From Nitrospirota bacterium (GTDB lineage Bacteria; Nitrospirota; UBA9217), in assembly GCA_963755045.1 (NCBI GenBank), contig CAVWIL010000007.1:485243-549242 (forward strand): a stretch of DNA of 64,000 nt, in the 5' to 3' direction. Below, one piece after another: positions 50,215 to 60,305 of this stretch. Each line of letters starts with the position of its first letter. The first letter of the stretch is position 1. The notes below the pieces were generated by a model, which worked only from the letters and a program-made list of their open reading frames with translations, was not told the DNA's origin and did not search any database. The translations under genes were made by a program, and so were the position numbers.

Positions 50215-50787
50215 CTAACCCACGATCAATTCATCAAGCGAACGCTTGGGTACATGGTGGACGCCCTGAGCGTCCCTCCAGTATTTGATGTCGCCGGAAG
50301 GGCCGATCGGTTCGATCACAACGGTTTCTTTGGGCTTGCCGAGCGCGATCACCAGGAGGACCTCGAAATGGTCCGGTATCGCCAGCGCCTGGCTCAGGGA
50401 CGGCTTCTGGATCGTTGCTATGATACAGCCGCCCAGATCCTTCTCCGCGGCGCCCAGCAGAATGCTCTGCGCCACGATGCCATGATCGCAGCCGAAGGAT
50501 GTCTTTATTCTCTTGTCCCCCAGTATGATAATGTACGCGGAGGGCCGCTCGCCTTCCGCGGGCCCGGCCCAGTCCTTCAGATAGGCTGCCCACCCCAGCT
50601 GCGGGAAGATCAAGGCATTCCGGGAAGCATCACAGGACACCATGAACTTCAACGGCTGCATATTGCCGCCGGTCGCGGAAAGCCTGGCGAGATCAACCAG
50701 TTCCTTCAGGGTCTCGATGCTCACGCTTTCACTCTGATGGAACCTCCGGTAGCTCCTGTTTTTCAAGACAAGCTCTTTCATCATCAT
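50215..50787 (-). CDS. nitroreductase family protein
   Basis: RSYRRF ... SATGGNMQPLKF N-terminal nitroreductase motifs. Confidence 0.75.
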   Translation of the reverse strand: MMMKELVLKNRSYRRFHQSESVSIETLKELVDLARLSATGGNMQPLKFMVSCDASRNALIFPQLGWAAYLKDWAGPAEGERPSAYIIILGDKRIKTSFGCDHGIVAQSILLGAAEKDLGGCIIATIQKPSLSQALAIPDHFEVLLVIALGKPKETVVIEPIGPSGDIKYWRDAQGVHHVPKRSLDELIVG

Positions 50788-50822
50788 GGCAACCCTCCTC
50801 TAGCACTGTATTGTCAAACTTT

Positions 50823-50941
50823 AACCACAGAGCACTCAGAGAATACCTTGAATGAATGGAACTATAACCACAGAGATCGCAGAGTTTTTTTAATATCTTA
50901 AAGACTTTTCTCAGTGTTCTCTGTGGTAAAAGTCTGTGGTT
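50823..50941. promoter_or_regulatory. cluster of four CCACAGAG/CTCTGTGG octamers (two direct, two inverted) in the purC-nitroreductase intergenic region
   Basis: AACCACAGAG at 50823 and 50866; CTCTGTGGT at 50918; TCTGTGGTT at 50933 followed by TTTTT. Confidence 0.35.
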
Positions 50942-50953
50942 TTTTGTATTGTC

Positions 50954-51838
50954 TTATTTTGTAAGCATCTTCAGCACTTCGAGATACTTTTCGCTCGTTT
51001 TTTGGACAACGTCATCGGGGAGTACAGGCGCGGGTGGCTTTTGGTCCCAGGTAAGGGAAAGGAGATAATCTCTGACAAACTGCTTGTCAAAACTCTTCTG
51101 CACAACCCCTTCCCGGTAATCGTTCTTGGGCCAGAAACGGGACGAGTCAGGTGTGAGCACTTCGTCGATCAGCATGACCTCCTTGTTCAGGATGCCGAAT
51201 TCGAGCTTCGTATCAGCGATTATGATCCCTTTGGGTTCAGCAAGTTCGCACGCACGCCGATAAATGGCGAGCGTATATTTCTTTATCTTTTCCGCAGCGT
51301 TAGCCCCAACAAGCTTAACCACTTCTTTATAATCAACATTTACATCATGTTCTCCTATCTCTGCCTTTGTGGAGGGTGTGAATATCGGTTCGGGCAGACG
51401 CGACGCCTCGGTCAGGCCTTTCGGCAGCTTGATGCCGCTTACCGAGCCCGTTGCCTTGTACTCCTTCAGTCCGGATCCGGAAAGGTATCCCCGTACGATG
51501 CATTCCACCGGCAGCGGCTGAGTCTTCTTCACGAGCATGCTTCTGCCTTTAAGGATATCCGCATGCGGCTTGCATTCAACGGGATAATCCCGGACATCCA
51601 GGGATATGAGATGGTTGGGCACGATGTCCTCGGTATGCGAGAACCAGAATTGCGATATTTCGGTCAGCACCCTGCCCTTTTCAGGGACCGCGTTCGGCAA
51701 AACCACATCGAACGCGGAAATCCTGTCTGTTGCTACGATGAGAAGCATATCACCGAGGTCATAGATGTCCCTGACCTTGCCCCGTTTCGGCGGTTTGAGC
51801 CCTGCGAGATTAGTCTCCAGTATCAGCGGCGTCTTCAT
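50954..51838 (-). CDS. purC: phosphoribosylaminoimidazole-succinocarboxamide synthase (SAICAR synthetase)
   Basis: GKVRDIYD ... ATDRISAFD motifs. ATG 51838 gives MKTPLIL. Confidence 0.9.
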   Translation of the reverse strand: MKTPLILETNLAGLKPPKRGKVRDIYDLGDMLLIVATDRISAFDVVLPNAVPEKGRVLTEISQFWFSHTEDIVPNHLISLDVRDYPVECKPHADILKGRSMLVKKTQPLPVECIVRGYLSGSGLKEYKATGSVSGIKLPKGLTEASRLPEPIFTPSTKAEIGEHDVNVDYKEVVKLVGANAAEKIKKYTLAIYRRACELAEPKGIIIADTKLEFGILNKEVMLIDEVLTPDSSRFWPKNDYREGVVQKSFDKQFVRDYLLSLTWDQKPPAPVLPDDVVQKTSEKYLEVLKMLTK

Positions 51839-53150
51839 GTTCCCCTCTCCCCTGGTCATCCTCTGTATATTTGAGCACCCGGATGCGCGATATCCGGTTC
51901 TTCCTCAGCCGAAGCACGGTAAACAGGACGTTCTGGTGTTTGATCTGGTCGCCCTCGGCGGGCAATCGCCCGAAGAGCCCGAGCAGAAAACCGCCGATCG
52001 TCTCGAATTCGTCTTCCGGCAGCCTGATCCCCAGTTTATCATTCACCTTGCCGATGTCGGTCTTCCCGTCAACGATGTACCGGTTTGCGGCGATCTCATT
52101 GATCTCCTGCAGTACCTTCTCCTGCTCATCCCTGATGTCTCCGATGATCTCTTCGATAAGATCTTCCATGGTCACCAGGCCGTCGGTGCCTCCGTATTCA
52201 TCGCCCACCAGGGCCAGGTGGATGCGTTTTTCACGCATCTCTTTTAACAGGACGCTGACATTCTTATTGGGAGGTACGATATACGGCTTCCGGAGTATCT
52301 GGTTGAGACTGACTTCCTTCTCTAAAAGGTGAAGCGGTAAAATGTCCTTGAGATAAACGACACCGATGATGTTGTCGATGGTCTCGGAATATACCGGCAG
52401 CCGGGAGAACCCCTTCTCATTCATGGTATGAAGGATCGAATCGACGTCGCTCTCCGCTTCGACTGCCACGATCTCGGTCCGGGGGACCATCACCTCTTTT
52501 ACGACGGTGTCGGTGAACCGGAACACGCTGTGGATGAGGTCCTCTTCCGACGGTTCGAACACCCCGCTCTTTCGTCCCTCCCGGATGAGATATTTGACCT
52601 CGTCTTCCGACACCAGAGACGGCTCGTGCTCATGCGAGGAAACAAACAGACCAATGATGAAATTACTCGATGCGGTCAGCATTCGCAGCACCCGGCGAAA
52701 GGTCCGGGAAAGAACATCGACGGATGTCGATGTGAAAAATGCGATCTTTTCAGCATTGCGGATCGCAAACGACTTGGGGACCAGCTCTCCGAACACCAGC
52801 GTCAGATACGTTATCACGCTGACGACGATACCGACTGCGATCGGCTCGGCAGCTCTCTGGAGGAATTCCATCGGCAGGGAAGCAAAAAAAGGTTTGATGC
52901 GCTCAATGGCTATTACACCGCCGAACGTGGCCGCCAGCGTCCCGATGAGCGTAATGCCGACCTGAATGGTGGCGAGAAAACGCTCCGGTTCCTCCTGGAG
53001 CTTCTGGATCCGTATTGCTTTCCTGTTCCCGCTTTTTACAAGATGCCGCACGCGACTTTTGCGAAGCGAGATCAATGAAATTTCGGCCGCTGCAAAAAAA
53101 CCGTTCAGGAGGATGAGAAGTATGATTGAGAGAAGCGTAAGAAAAAGCAT
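51810..53150 (-). CDS. hemolysin/CorC-family transporter-associated protein (CNNM/DUF21 TM domain, two CBS domains, CorC_HlyC domain)
   Basis: Domain order recognisable from sequence. Overlaps purC by about 30 nt. Confidence 0.8.
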   Translation of the reverse strand: MLFLTLLSIILLILLNGFFAAAEISLISLRKSRVRHLVKSGNRKAIRIQKLQEEPERFLATIQVGITLIGTLAATFGGVIAIERIKPFFASLPMEFLQRAAEPIAVGIVVSVITYLTLVFGELVPKSFAIRNAEKIAFFTSTSVDVLSRTFRRVLRMLTASSNFIIGLFVSSHEHEPSLVSEDEVKYLIREGRKSGVFEPSEEDLIHSVFRFTDTVVKEVMVPRTEIVAVEAESDVDSILHTMNEKGFSRLPVYSETIDNIIGVVYLKDILPLHLLEKEVSLNQILRKPYIVPPNKNVSVLLKEMREKRIHLALVGDEYGGTDGLVTMEDLIEEIIGDIRDEQEKVLQEINEIAANRYIVDGKTDIGKVNDKLGIRLPEDEFETIGGFLLGLFGRLPAEGDQIKHQNVLFTVLRLRKNRISRIRVLKYTEDDQGRGEHEDAADTGD

Positions 53151-53162
53151 AGATATTTACTA

Positions 53163-53288
53163 TTGCGGATTTCGGATTTTAGATTTGGGATTTTTCAATA
53201 CAACAGCATCTCCCTACATTCATTTCCTGGATAAAACTGCCGCTCTCTCCGTTCCGCAATCCGCAATCGGCAATCTAAAATCCGTATT
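53163..53288. repeat. intergenic inverted/tandem heptamer repeats (ATTGCGG/CCGCAAT and GATTT units) between the CorC-like gene and the UbiD-family gene
   Basis: TTGCGGATTTCGGATTTTAGATTTGGGATTT ... CCGCAATCCGCAATCGGCAATCTAAAATCCG. The arms AATCTAAAATCCG and CGGATTTTAGATT are complementary. Confidence 0.45.
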
Positions 53289-54744
53289 CCTTCCAGCGTT
53301 TCTCGACCAACGCCTGGACCTCCGGTGACATCTTGATCTCATCCGGCCATGAACGCGTGAATCCCTCACCGGGTCCTTTGCGCGTGGCATCGATTCCCAT
53401 CTTGCCGCCGAACCCGATCTGCGGACAGGAATGATCAAGGATGTCGAGCGGCCCGTCGGTGATGATCACATCGCGCTGCGGGTCGACATGGTTCATGACC
53501 TTCCAGGTAACTTCGGAGTAATCGTGGATATTGACGTCCTCGTCGCAGACAATGACGAACTTGGAGAGCATGAGCATGCCCGTGCCCCAGATCGTGTTGA
53601 TCACCTTCTTGCCGTGGCCGGGATAGCGCTTCTTGATCCTGACGATCACATTATTATGGAACACGCCTTCAACGGGCATGTCCATGTCGAGGATATCGGG
53701 AGCGACCATCTGGAGAAGCGGGAGAAATATCCGTTCCGTGGCCTTGCCGAGATAAGCGTCTTCCTGCGGCGGCCGGCCGACCAGTGTGGCCGGATAGATA
53801 GCGTTCCGGCGGTGCGTAATGGCGGTAATATGGAATACCGGGTACTCGTCTGCCTCGGAGTAGTAGCCCGTATGGTCGCCGAAGGGTCCTTCCACCCGCC
53901 GTTCGTGGGGATCGACGAATCCTTCAAGGACGAACTCCGCCTCCGCCGGTACCCGAACGTCGACGGTCTTGCACTGGACGACCTCGAGAGGCTTCTTTCT
54001 GAGAAAGCCCGCAAAGATGAACTCACCGATGGCCGGCGGGAGCGGCGCGGTGGCTGAATATATGATGGAGGGATCGCCGCCGATGGCAACCGCAACCTCC
54101 ATGCGCCTGCTGGACGCCTCGTACTGCTGATACTGCCTGGCGCCGTCCTTGTGCTTGTGCCAGTGCATGCCCGTGGTCTGATGGTCAAAGACCTGCATGC
54201 GGTACATGCCGACGTTCGTGATCTTCGTCAGGGGATCGATTGAGCATACCATCGGAAGCGTGATAAACCGTCCGCCGTCGGCAGGCCAGCACTTAAGCAC
54301 CGGAATTTTTGAAAGGTCTACATGGTCTCCCGTCAGAACGACGTCCTGACACGGGGCTTTTTTGACGGTCTTGGGAAAAAATTTGGCGAGTTCGGCAAGT
54401 TTCGGCAGTACTCCCAGCTTGTCCAGGAACCCGGCGCCCGGACCCGGGAACAGGTTCGTGGGATCGACGAGTTCCTTGATCCGTTGGCCGATCTCATCCA
54501 GGCTCTCGACCTCGAGCGCGAGGCAGATCCGGTTCATGGAACCGAATGCATTGGTCAGGACCGGGAAGGCCGACCCAATGACGCGCTCGAACAGAAGCGC
54601 CGTATTCGCCGCGCCCTTTTCTTTTGATACCCGGTCGGTGATTTCCGCGATCTCAAGGTCGGCGTCCACTTCAGCCTTGACCCTGACCAGTTCGTTGTTT
54701 TTTTCGAGAACCGCGATAAAATCTCTTAATGTATCGTATGCCAT
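53275..54744 (-). CDS. UbiD-family (prenylated-FMN-dependent) decarboxylase
   Basis: Full-length (489 aa) UbiD-family similarity: MAYDTLRDFIAVLEKNNELVRV, GGDP. Confidence 0.85.
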   Translation of the reverse strand: MAYDTLRDFIAVLEKNNELVRVKAEVDADLEIAEITDRVSKEKGAANTALLFERVIGSAFPVLTNAFGSMNRICLALEVESLDEIGQRIKELVDPTNLFPGPGAGFLDKLGVLPKLAELAKFFPKTVKKAPCQDVVLTGDHVDLSKIPVLKCWPADGGRFITLPMVCSIDPLTKITNVGMYRMQVFDHQTTGMHWHKHKDGARQYQQYEASSRRMEVAVAIGGDPSIIYSATAPLPPAIGEFIFAGFLRKKPLEVVQCKTVDVRVPAEAEFVLEGFVDPHERRVEGPFGDHTGYYSEADEYPVFHITAITHRRNAIYPATLVGRPPQEDAYLGKATERIFLPLLQMVAPDILDMDMPVEGVFHNNVIVRIKKRYPGHGKKVINTIWGTGMLMLSKFVIVCDEDVNIHDYSEVTWKVMNHVDPQRDVIITDGPLDILDHSCPQIGFGGKMGIDATRKGPGEGFTRSWPDEIKMSPEVQALVEKRWKEYGF

Positions 54745-54810
54745 GGGAATTGGATTGTATCGGAATCACTGGAGATTTGCAATCAAAAACTCCAAAAACA
54801 CCGTTGTCGT

Positions 54811-56184
54811 CTAGGAGTCGCCGTACTTTTGCAGCCGGTGCCGGAAGGATCGGAAGGTCAGGCCGAGCAGTTTTGCCGCATCTGTCTTGACCCCTCCTGT
54901 TTTCTCGAGCGCTTTCCGGAGAAACGTTCTTTCCGTTTTTTCCAGCAGGGCCTCGAGGTCCATCCCAGTGTCGGGGATTTCGAGCGTGAACTGGTCGGAA
55001 AAGGGCGAGGGGTTTTTCACCGTATCCGGCACCTGATCGAGGCGAATAACGTTCTCCGGGGTCATGATCATCATTCGCTCTATTGTGTTCTCCAGTTCAC
55101 GAACGTTCCCCGGCCAATGATACGCCATCAGCGCCTGCATTGCCTCAGCGTCGATCAATTTGACCTGCGCCCGCTCGACCTCCTTGCGCACGACTTTCTT
55201 GAGAAAATATTCCGCAAGAAGCGGGATATCGTCCTTTCGTTCCCTGAGCGGAGGCAGGTGGATGGGGATCACGTTCAAGCGGTAGTACAGGTCCTCCCGG
55301 AACGCGCCCTTCGCAATTTCCGCCAGCAGGTCCTGGTTGCTTGCGGCGATGACATGCACATCAACCGTGACTCCGGCGGTCCCGCCTACCCGGATGAACT
55401 CCCGTTCCTGGAGCACCCGCAGGAGCTTGATCTGGAGCGCCGGCGTTGTCGCACTGATCTCATCGAGAAAAATGGTCCCCTTGTTGGCTGCTTCGAAGAG
55501 TCCCTGCTTGTTCGACGATGCGCCGGTAAAGGCGCCCTTCATATATCCGAACAATTCGCTTTCCAGAAGGGTCTCGGGCAAGGCCCCGCAGTTGACCGTC
55601 ACGAACGGCCCGTTCTTCCGGGGGCTGTTGAAATGAACGGCCTTTGCCACGAGCTCTTTGCCGGTCCCGCTCTCGCCTGTTATCAGGACGGTGCTGGTCG
55701 TATCCGCAACTTGACGGATAAGGGAAAAGACCTTTTGCATCGGCTCGCTTTTCCCGATAAAATTGGCGAATCCCGTCTTCGACTCGATCTCGCGTTTGAG
55801 AAGGATATTCTCCTTTCTCAGATAGCGCTTTTCGAGAGAGTTGTAAATGATCAACTTCAGTTCATCTACCTTGAAGGGCTTGGTGATGTAATCATACGCC
55901 CCGATCTTCATGGCCTCGACCGCAGTCTCGGTGGTTGCGAAGGCGGTGATCATGATCACGACGGTCTCCGGTGATATTTCCTTGACCGACTTGAGCACTT
56001 CCATACCGTCGGCCCCGGGCATCTTCACATCGGTGATCACCAGGTCGAAGATCTCGGCCTGGACCGCCTTGATTGCGTCTGCGCCGTTCTTTGCCGTCAC
56101 GACTTCGTGACCTTCCTTGGTGAGCAGGATCGCGAGAAAGTCCCGCATGCTCTGTTCGTCGTCGACAACGAGTATTTTACTCAT
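54811..56184 (-). CDS. pilR: sigma-54-dependent response regulator of the type IV pilus locus (NtrC family: REC, AAA+ sigma54 activation and Fis HTH domains)
   Basis: ATG 56184 (MSKILVVDDE). GAFTGA motif, ESELFGY, C-terminal HTH. Its start overlaps the pilS stop (ATGA). Confidence 0.85.
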   Translation of the reverse strand: MSKILVVDDEQSMRDFLAILLTKEGHEVVTAKNGADAIKAVQAEIFDLVITDVKMPGADGMEVLKSVKEISPETVVIMITAFATTETAVEAMKIGAYDYITKPFKVDELKLIIYNSLEKRYLRKENILLKREIESKTGFANFIGKSEPMQKVFSLIRQVADTTSTVLITGESGTGKELVAKAVHFNSPRKNGPFVTVNCGALPETLLESELFGYMKGAFTGASSNKQGLFEAANKGTIFLDEISATTPALQIKLLRVLQEREFIRVGGTAGVTVDVHVIAASNQDLLAEIAKGAFREDLYYRLNVIPIHLPPLRERKDDIPLLAEYFLKKVVRKEVERAQVKLIDAEAMQALMAYHWPGNVRELENTIERMMIMTPENVIRLDQVPDTVKNPSPFSDQFTLEIPDTGMDLEALLEKTERTFLRKALEKTGGVKTDAAKLLGLTFRSFRHRLQKYGDS

Positions 56185-56185
56185 A

Positions 56186-57886
56186 TCAATTCCGCCTCTT
56201 CTGCGCCTGCCCGGTATTGTTCTTGGGCAGTGAGTAAACCGGTTCCTCGCGGATCGGGAGCCGGATGATGAATTGCGTCCCTTTGCCTGGCGCACTGTCC
56301 ACGGTGATCGTACCCTGATGGTCCTCGATGATCCGGTAGACGATCGACAGTCCCAGACCGGTGCCCCCTGTCTTTGTGGTAAAAAAGGGGTTGAATATCC
56401 TGTCACGATCTTCCTTCGCGATTCCCTGACCCGAATCCTTTATGATGATCACGCACCAATCAAGGTCATCTTTTGCCCGGGAAGACACCCTCGCGGTGAC
56501 CGTTATCTCGCCGCCCTGCGGCATTGCCTGGCAGGCGTTAATGAGCAGGTTCCAGAAAACCTGGCGGATCCGCTGGGAGTCCCCTTTTATCACGGCGCGC
56601 GGATCAACCTGCTGGGTGATGCGGATGTTGCCTGAATACTCCTTGCAATTCTTCAAAAGCATGATCGTCTCGTCAAGGACGGGCGAAAGCTCGATATAGT
56701 CGTTCTGGGCGTTCTTGAGGCGGGCATATTCCAGAAATTCCATGATGATCGTGTTGAGCCGGTCTGTCTCGCGAACAACGATATCCATAAGGTGTTTGTT
56801 GTCTCCCTGCAGGGCGAGTTCTCCCTGAAGCACCTGGATGGAACCGCTGAGCGATGCGAGCGGGTTCCGGATCTCATGGGCGATGCCAGCGGCAAGGCTC
56901 CCGACGGTTGCCAGCCGCTCCTTCGTCCGTACCTGGTCCTCCATCTCCATCAGCTTGGTTATATCCTGGAAGATAAGGATGAACCCGCGAACCGTGTTGG
57001 CATCGTCCTTGAGCAGAGAGGCGGTCATCCCGAGCAGCGCAATACTGCCGTCCTTTTTCATGATCTGTCCGTTGAAACGGAACGGGTGTGATTTCAGCGA
57101 ATCGGTATGGCCGAAGACTCCCTTGATGCTGTCCCCGAACACCTGCTGCCAGCGGCTTTTGATCTCGTCGTACGGGTACCCCGTGATCTGTTCCGCGGCG
57201 GGGTTCCACGATGCGATGTTGCCCTGCAGGTCCATCGTCACGATCCCGCTTCCCACGCTCCGCAGGATGTGCTCCTGCAGGACGCGGAGGTCTTGCAGGT
57301 CCATGCTTTTCTCGCGCAGTTCCTTGCGCGTTTTCCTGAGACGCTCAGAAAGGTAGCCGCTCAAAAGACCGACGATGTAGAACGAAAGGATATTGATGAA
57401 CACCTGAAAGAGCACCTGGACTGCCGTAAAGTTCTGACTCCTGACGAAACCGGGAACGTTATAATACTGCATGTCCAGCATTGCGCCGTAGAGAATGCTC
57501 GAGAGAGAAGCCGAAAGATACCCTCCCCGGCGGTAGAGAATAATACTTGACGATATAATGGTAAGATGGTAGAGGAGTGAAAAACCGCTGTCGATGCCTC
57601 CGGTAAGGTACGTGAGGGCGGTGACGAGAAGAATATCGACCGACGTCTGAAGATAGGCGAGGAGGGAAAGAGGCTGTATTCTTTTAAGAAGGTACCAGTA
57701 AACAACGGTCAGGCAATAGACGGAGAGAAGAAAATAGTATACATACGCGGTCTTGAACGGATAAATCGTATAGCGCTGTTGAATAAAAACAAGGGTCCCG
57801 ACCAGAAAGGTCGCGAGCACCACCCTGCTCCAGATAAGCCACTTTATGCGAATTGTGTATTCTTCTTTTGAATACTCTTGTGTCAC
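56186..57886 (-). CDS. pilS: sensor histidine kinase (membrane N-terminus, PAS, HisKA, HATPase_c)
   Basis: H-box AAGIAHEIRNPL and GTGLGLSIV. Positioned between pilC and pilR. Confidence 0.8.
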   Translation of the reverse strand: MTQEYSKEEYTIRIKWLIWSRVVLATFLVGTLVFIQQRYTIYPFKTAYVYYFLLSVYCLTVVYWYLLKRIQPLSLLAYLQTSVDILLVTALTYLTGGIDSGFSLLYHLTIISSSIILYRRGGYLSASLSSILYGAMLDMQYYNVPGFVRSQNFTAVQVLFQVFINILSFYIVGLLSGYLSERLRKTRKELREKSMDLQDLRVLQEHILRSVGSGIVTMDLQGNIASWNPAAEQITGYPYDEIKSRWQQVFGDSIKGVFGHTDSLKSHPFRFNGQIMKKDGSIALLGMTASLLKDDANTVRGFILIFQDITKLMEMEDQVRTKERLATVGSLAAGIAHEIRNPLASLSGSIQVLQGELALQGDNKHLMDIVVRETDRLNTIIMEFLEYARLKNAQNDYIELSPVLDETIMLLKNCKEYSGNIRITQQVDPRAVIKGDSQRIRQVFWNLLINACQAMPQGGEITVTARVSSRAKDDLDWCVIIIKDSGQGIAKEDRDRIFNPFFTTKTGGTGLGLSIVYRIIEDHQGTITVDSAPGKGTQFIIRLPIREEPVYSLPKNNTGQAQKRRN

Positions 57887-57894
57887 GTGAGTCG

Positions 57895-59107
57895 CTAACC
57901 CGCCGCCGCGCCCATCTGGAATATCGGCATGTACATGGCCACGATCACAAAGCCGACCACGACGCCCAGAAAGATCATGAGCATGGGCTCCAGCATGGAG
58001 GTGAGCGCCGCCACCGCGGAATCCACCTCATCATCGTAGAAGTCCGCGATCTTATTCAGCATGTTGTCGAGCGCGCCCGTCGCCTCACCGACCGAGATCA
58101 TCTGAGACGACCATGGCGGGGAATATTTTTGCCCTTCCCAGCGGATCAGCAAGCGTTTTTCCTTCGCTCACGCTCTGCCGGGTGGCGAGGATCGCCTCTT
58201 CCACGACCTTGTTGCCTGCGGTCCTGGAAACGATCAGCAACCCTTCAAGGATGGGGACCCCGCTGGTAAGCAGCGTGCCGAGGGTGCGCGTAAACTTGGC
58301 AACCGCCACCCTCTGGATCAGCGATCCCGCAACGGGTACTTTTAACGCTATCGCATCGGTCGTTCTCAGCCCGTTTTCTGTTTTCCTGAATTGTTTGAGA
58401 CCAACAAAGAAACCAATAATGACGAAGAGAAGGCTCAGTCCGCCCCAGCCTTTCAAAAAATTGCTGATTGCCATGACAATGCGGGTTGGGAAAGGCAGCT
58501 GCATTTTCGCTTCAACAAAAATGGCGGCCAGCATGGGGACGACGACGACCAGCAGCAGGGAGACCACGGCAACTGCGACGAACAGAATGATCGCGGGATA
58601 TATCATCGCCGATTTGATCTGACCTTTGATCTTTGCGAACTTTTCCATAAACGCGGCGAGCCGCCCGAGAATGGTATCCAGAATACCGCCAGCCTCTCCG
58701 GCGGCAACCATATTGCAATAAAGAGCGTCAAAGATCTTGGGGTGTTTTTTCAGGGCATCGGCAAACGTTGCGCCGCTCTCCACATCGGACCTCACCTGGT
58801 TTACGGTCTTTTGAAGCGTTTTGTTTTCCGTCTGGGTGCCGAGGATATCAAGACACTGCACGAGCGGCAATCCTGCATCGATCATGGTCGCCAACTGCCG
58901 GGTAAAGATCACGATATCTTTATCCTTGACCTTTGGAGCGCCGAAGCTCAACTTGATATCTTTCGGCTTGGCGGTTACATTGATGGGCTGAATATTCTGT
59001 TTCCGAAGGAGCGCGAGCACATCCTCTTTGCTGTTTGCAGCGATCTCGCCCTTCTGGACCGCTCCCTGTCGTGTTTTGCCTTCCCATGTAAATACGCTTG
59101 TTGCCAT
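57895..59107 (-). pseudogene. pilC: type IV pilus assembly platform protein PilC (GspF family), frameshift near 58100-58112
   Basis: ORF 58085..59107 (N-terminal and middle parts) and ORF 57895..58152 (C-terminal QMISVGEATGALD ... VAMYMPIF) are in different frames. One extra base in GTCGTCTCAGATG. Confidence 0.8.
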
Positions 59108-59145
59108 TTTTCACCTCGTCGTTATTGGACCGGCATCCGGACGTC

Positions 59146-60250
59146 TCAGCGGTATTCCTTCCGGACATTCTGCGTCCCTGCAAGGCCGGAGCGCCCAAGC
59201 ATTTGAATAAGTTCGTCGGGATTCGACGACCGGCCGATACAGTCCTCATATGAAATAAATTTTTTGGTATAGAGTTCATACAGCGACTGGTTGAGCGTCA
59301 TCATGCCGAATTTTGACTGGCCGGTCTGCATAATCGAATAGATCTGATGGATCTTGTCCTCCCTGATGAGATTCCGGATAGCGACATTCGGGATCATGAC
59401 CTCAAGAGCGAGCATTCTGCCGCCGCCTATCTTCGGAATGAGCGTCTGGGACATGACGCCCTCGAGAACGAACGACAGCTGTGCCCTGACCTGGGATTGC
59501 TGGTGGGGCGGAAAGACATCGATGATACGATTCATCGTTTGCGCAGCGGAGTTCGTATGGAGTGTCGCAAACGTCAGATGTCCTGTTTCCGCTATGGTCA
59601 GTGCCGCTTCAATGGTTTCGAGATCGCGCATTTCACCGACGAGCACGACATCGGGGTCTTGCCGGAGAATGTATTTCAATGCGTCCTTGAACGACTTGGT
59701 ATCGGCGTTGACTTCCCGCTGGTTTACCAGGCATTTTTTATGCGGGTGGAGATACTCAATCGGGTCTTCGATGGTGATGATATGTTCCTGCCGCTCGCTG
59801 TTGATCTTGTCGATCATCGAGGCCAGTGTTGTCGATTTGCCGCTGCCCGTGGGCCCGGTGACGAGAACGAGTCCTCTCGGCTTCTTGCAGAGGTCGGATA
59901 CGATTTCCGGCAGTCCCAGTTCGTGGAATGTTTTGATCTTAAAGGGGATGGTCCTGACCGCAGCAGCAACAGCGCCGCGCTGCACGAACATGTTCGCGCG
60001 AAAGCGGGACAGGTTCTTTAACGCCGAAGGAGAGGTCAAGTTCGCTGTTCTCTTCAAACTTGTGTTTCTGGGCATCGGTGAGGATGCTGTAACAGAGGTC
60101 CTTGGTCTGCGTGGCGGAAAGGGGTTCCAGTCCAGGGATCAATTTTATCTTGCCGTCAACGCGGATCGATGGTGGGATTCCCGTGGTTATATGCAGGTCG
60201 GATGCACCTTTTTCTATCATGAATTTGAGCAAATCGTGCAGGTTGGCCAT
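59146..60250 (-). pseudogene. pilT: twitching-motility ATPase PilT, frameshift near 60020-60030
   Basis: N-terminal 103-aa ORF (ASDLHITTGIPPSIRVDG) and 309-aa ORF (Walker A GPTGSGKST etc.) are in different frames. One extra G in TTCGGCG. Confidence 0.8.
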
Positions 60251-60305
60251 TATGATGAACCCCTTTTATTGAATACCCGGTTGTACTTCACGCCCGCTGG
60301 TGTCG

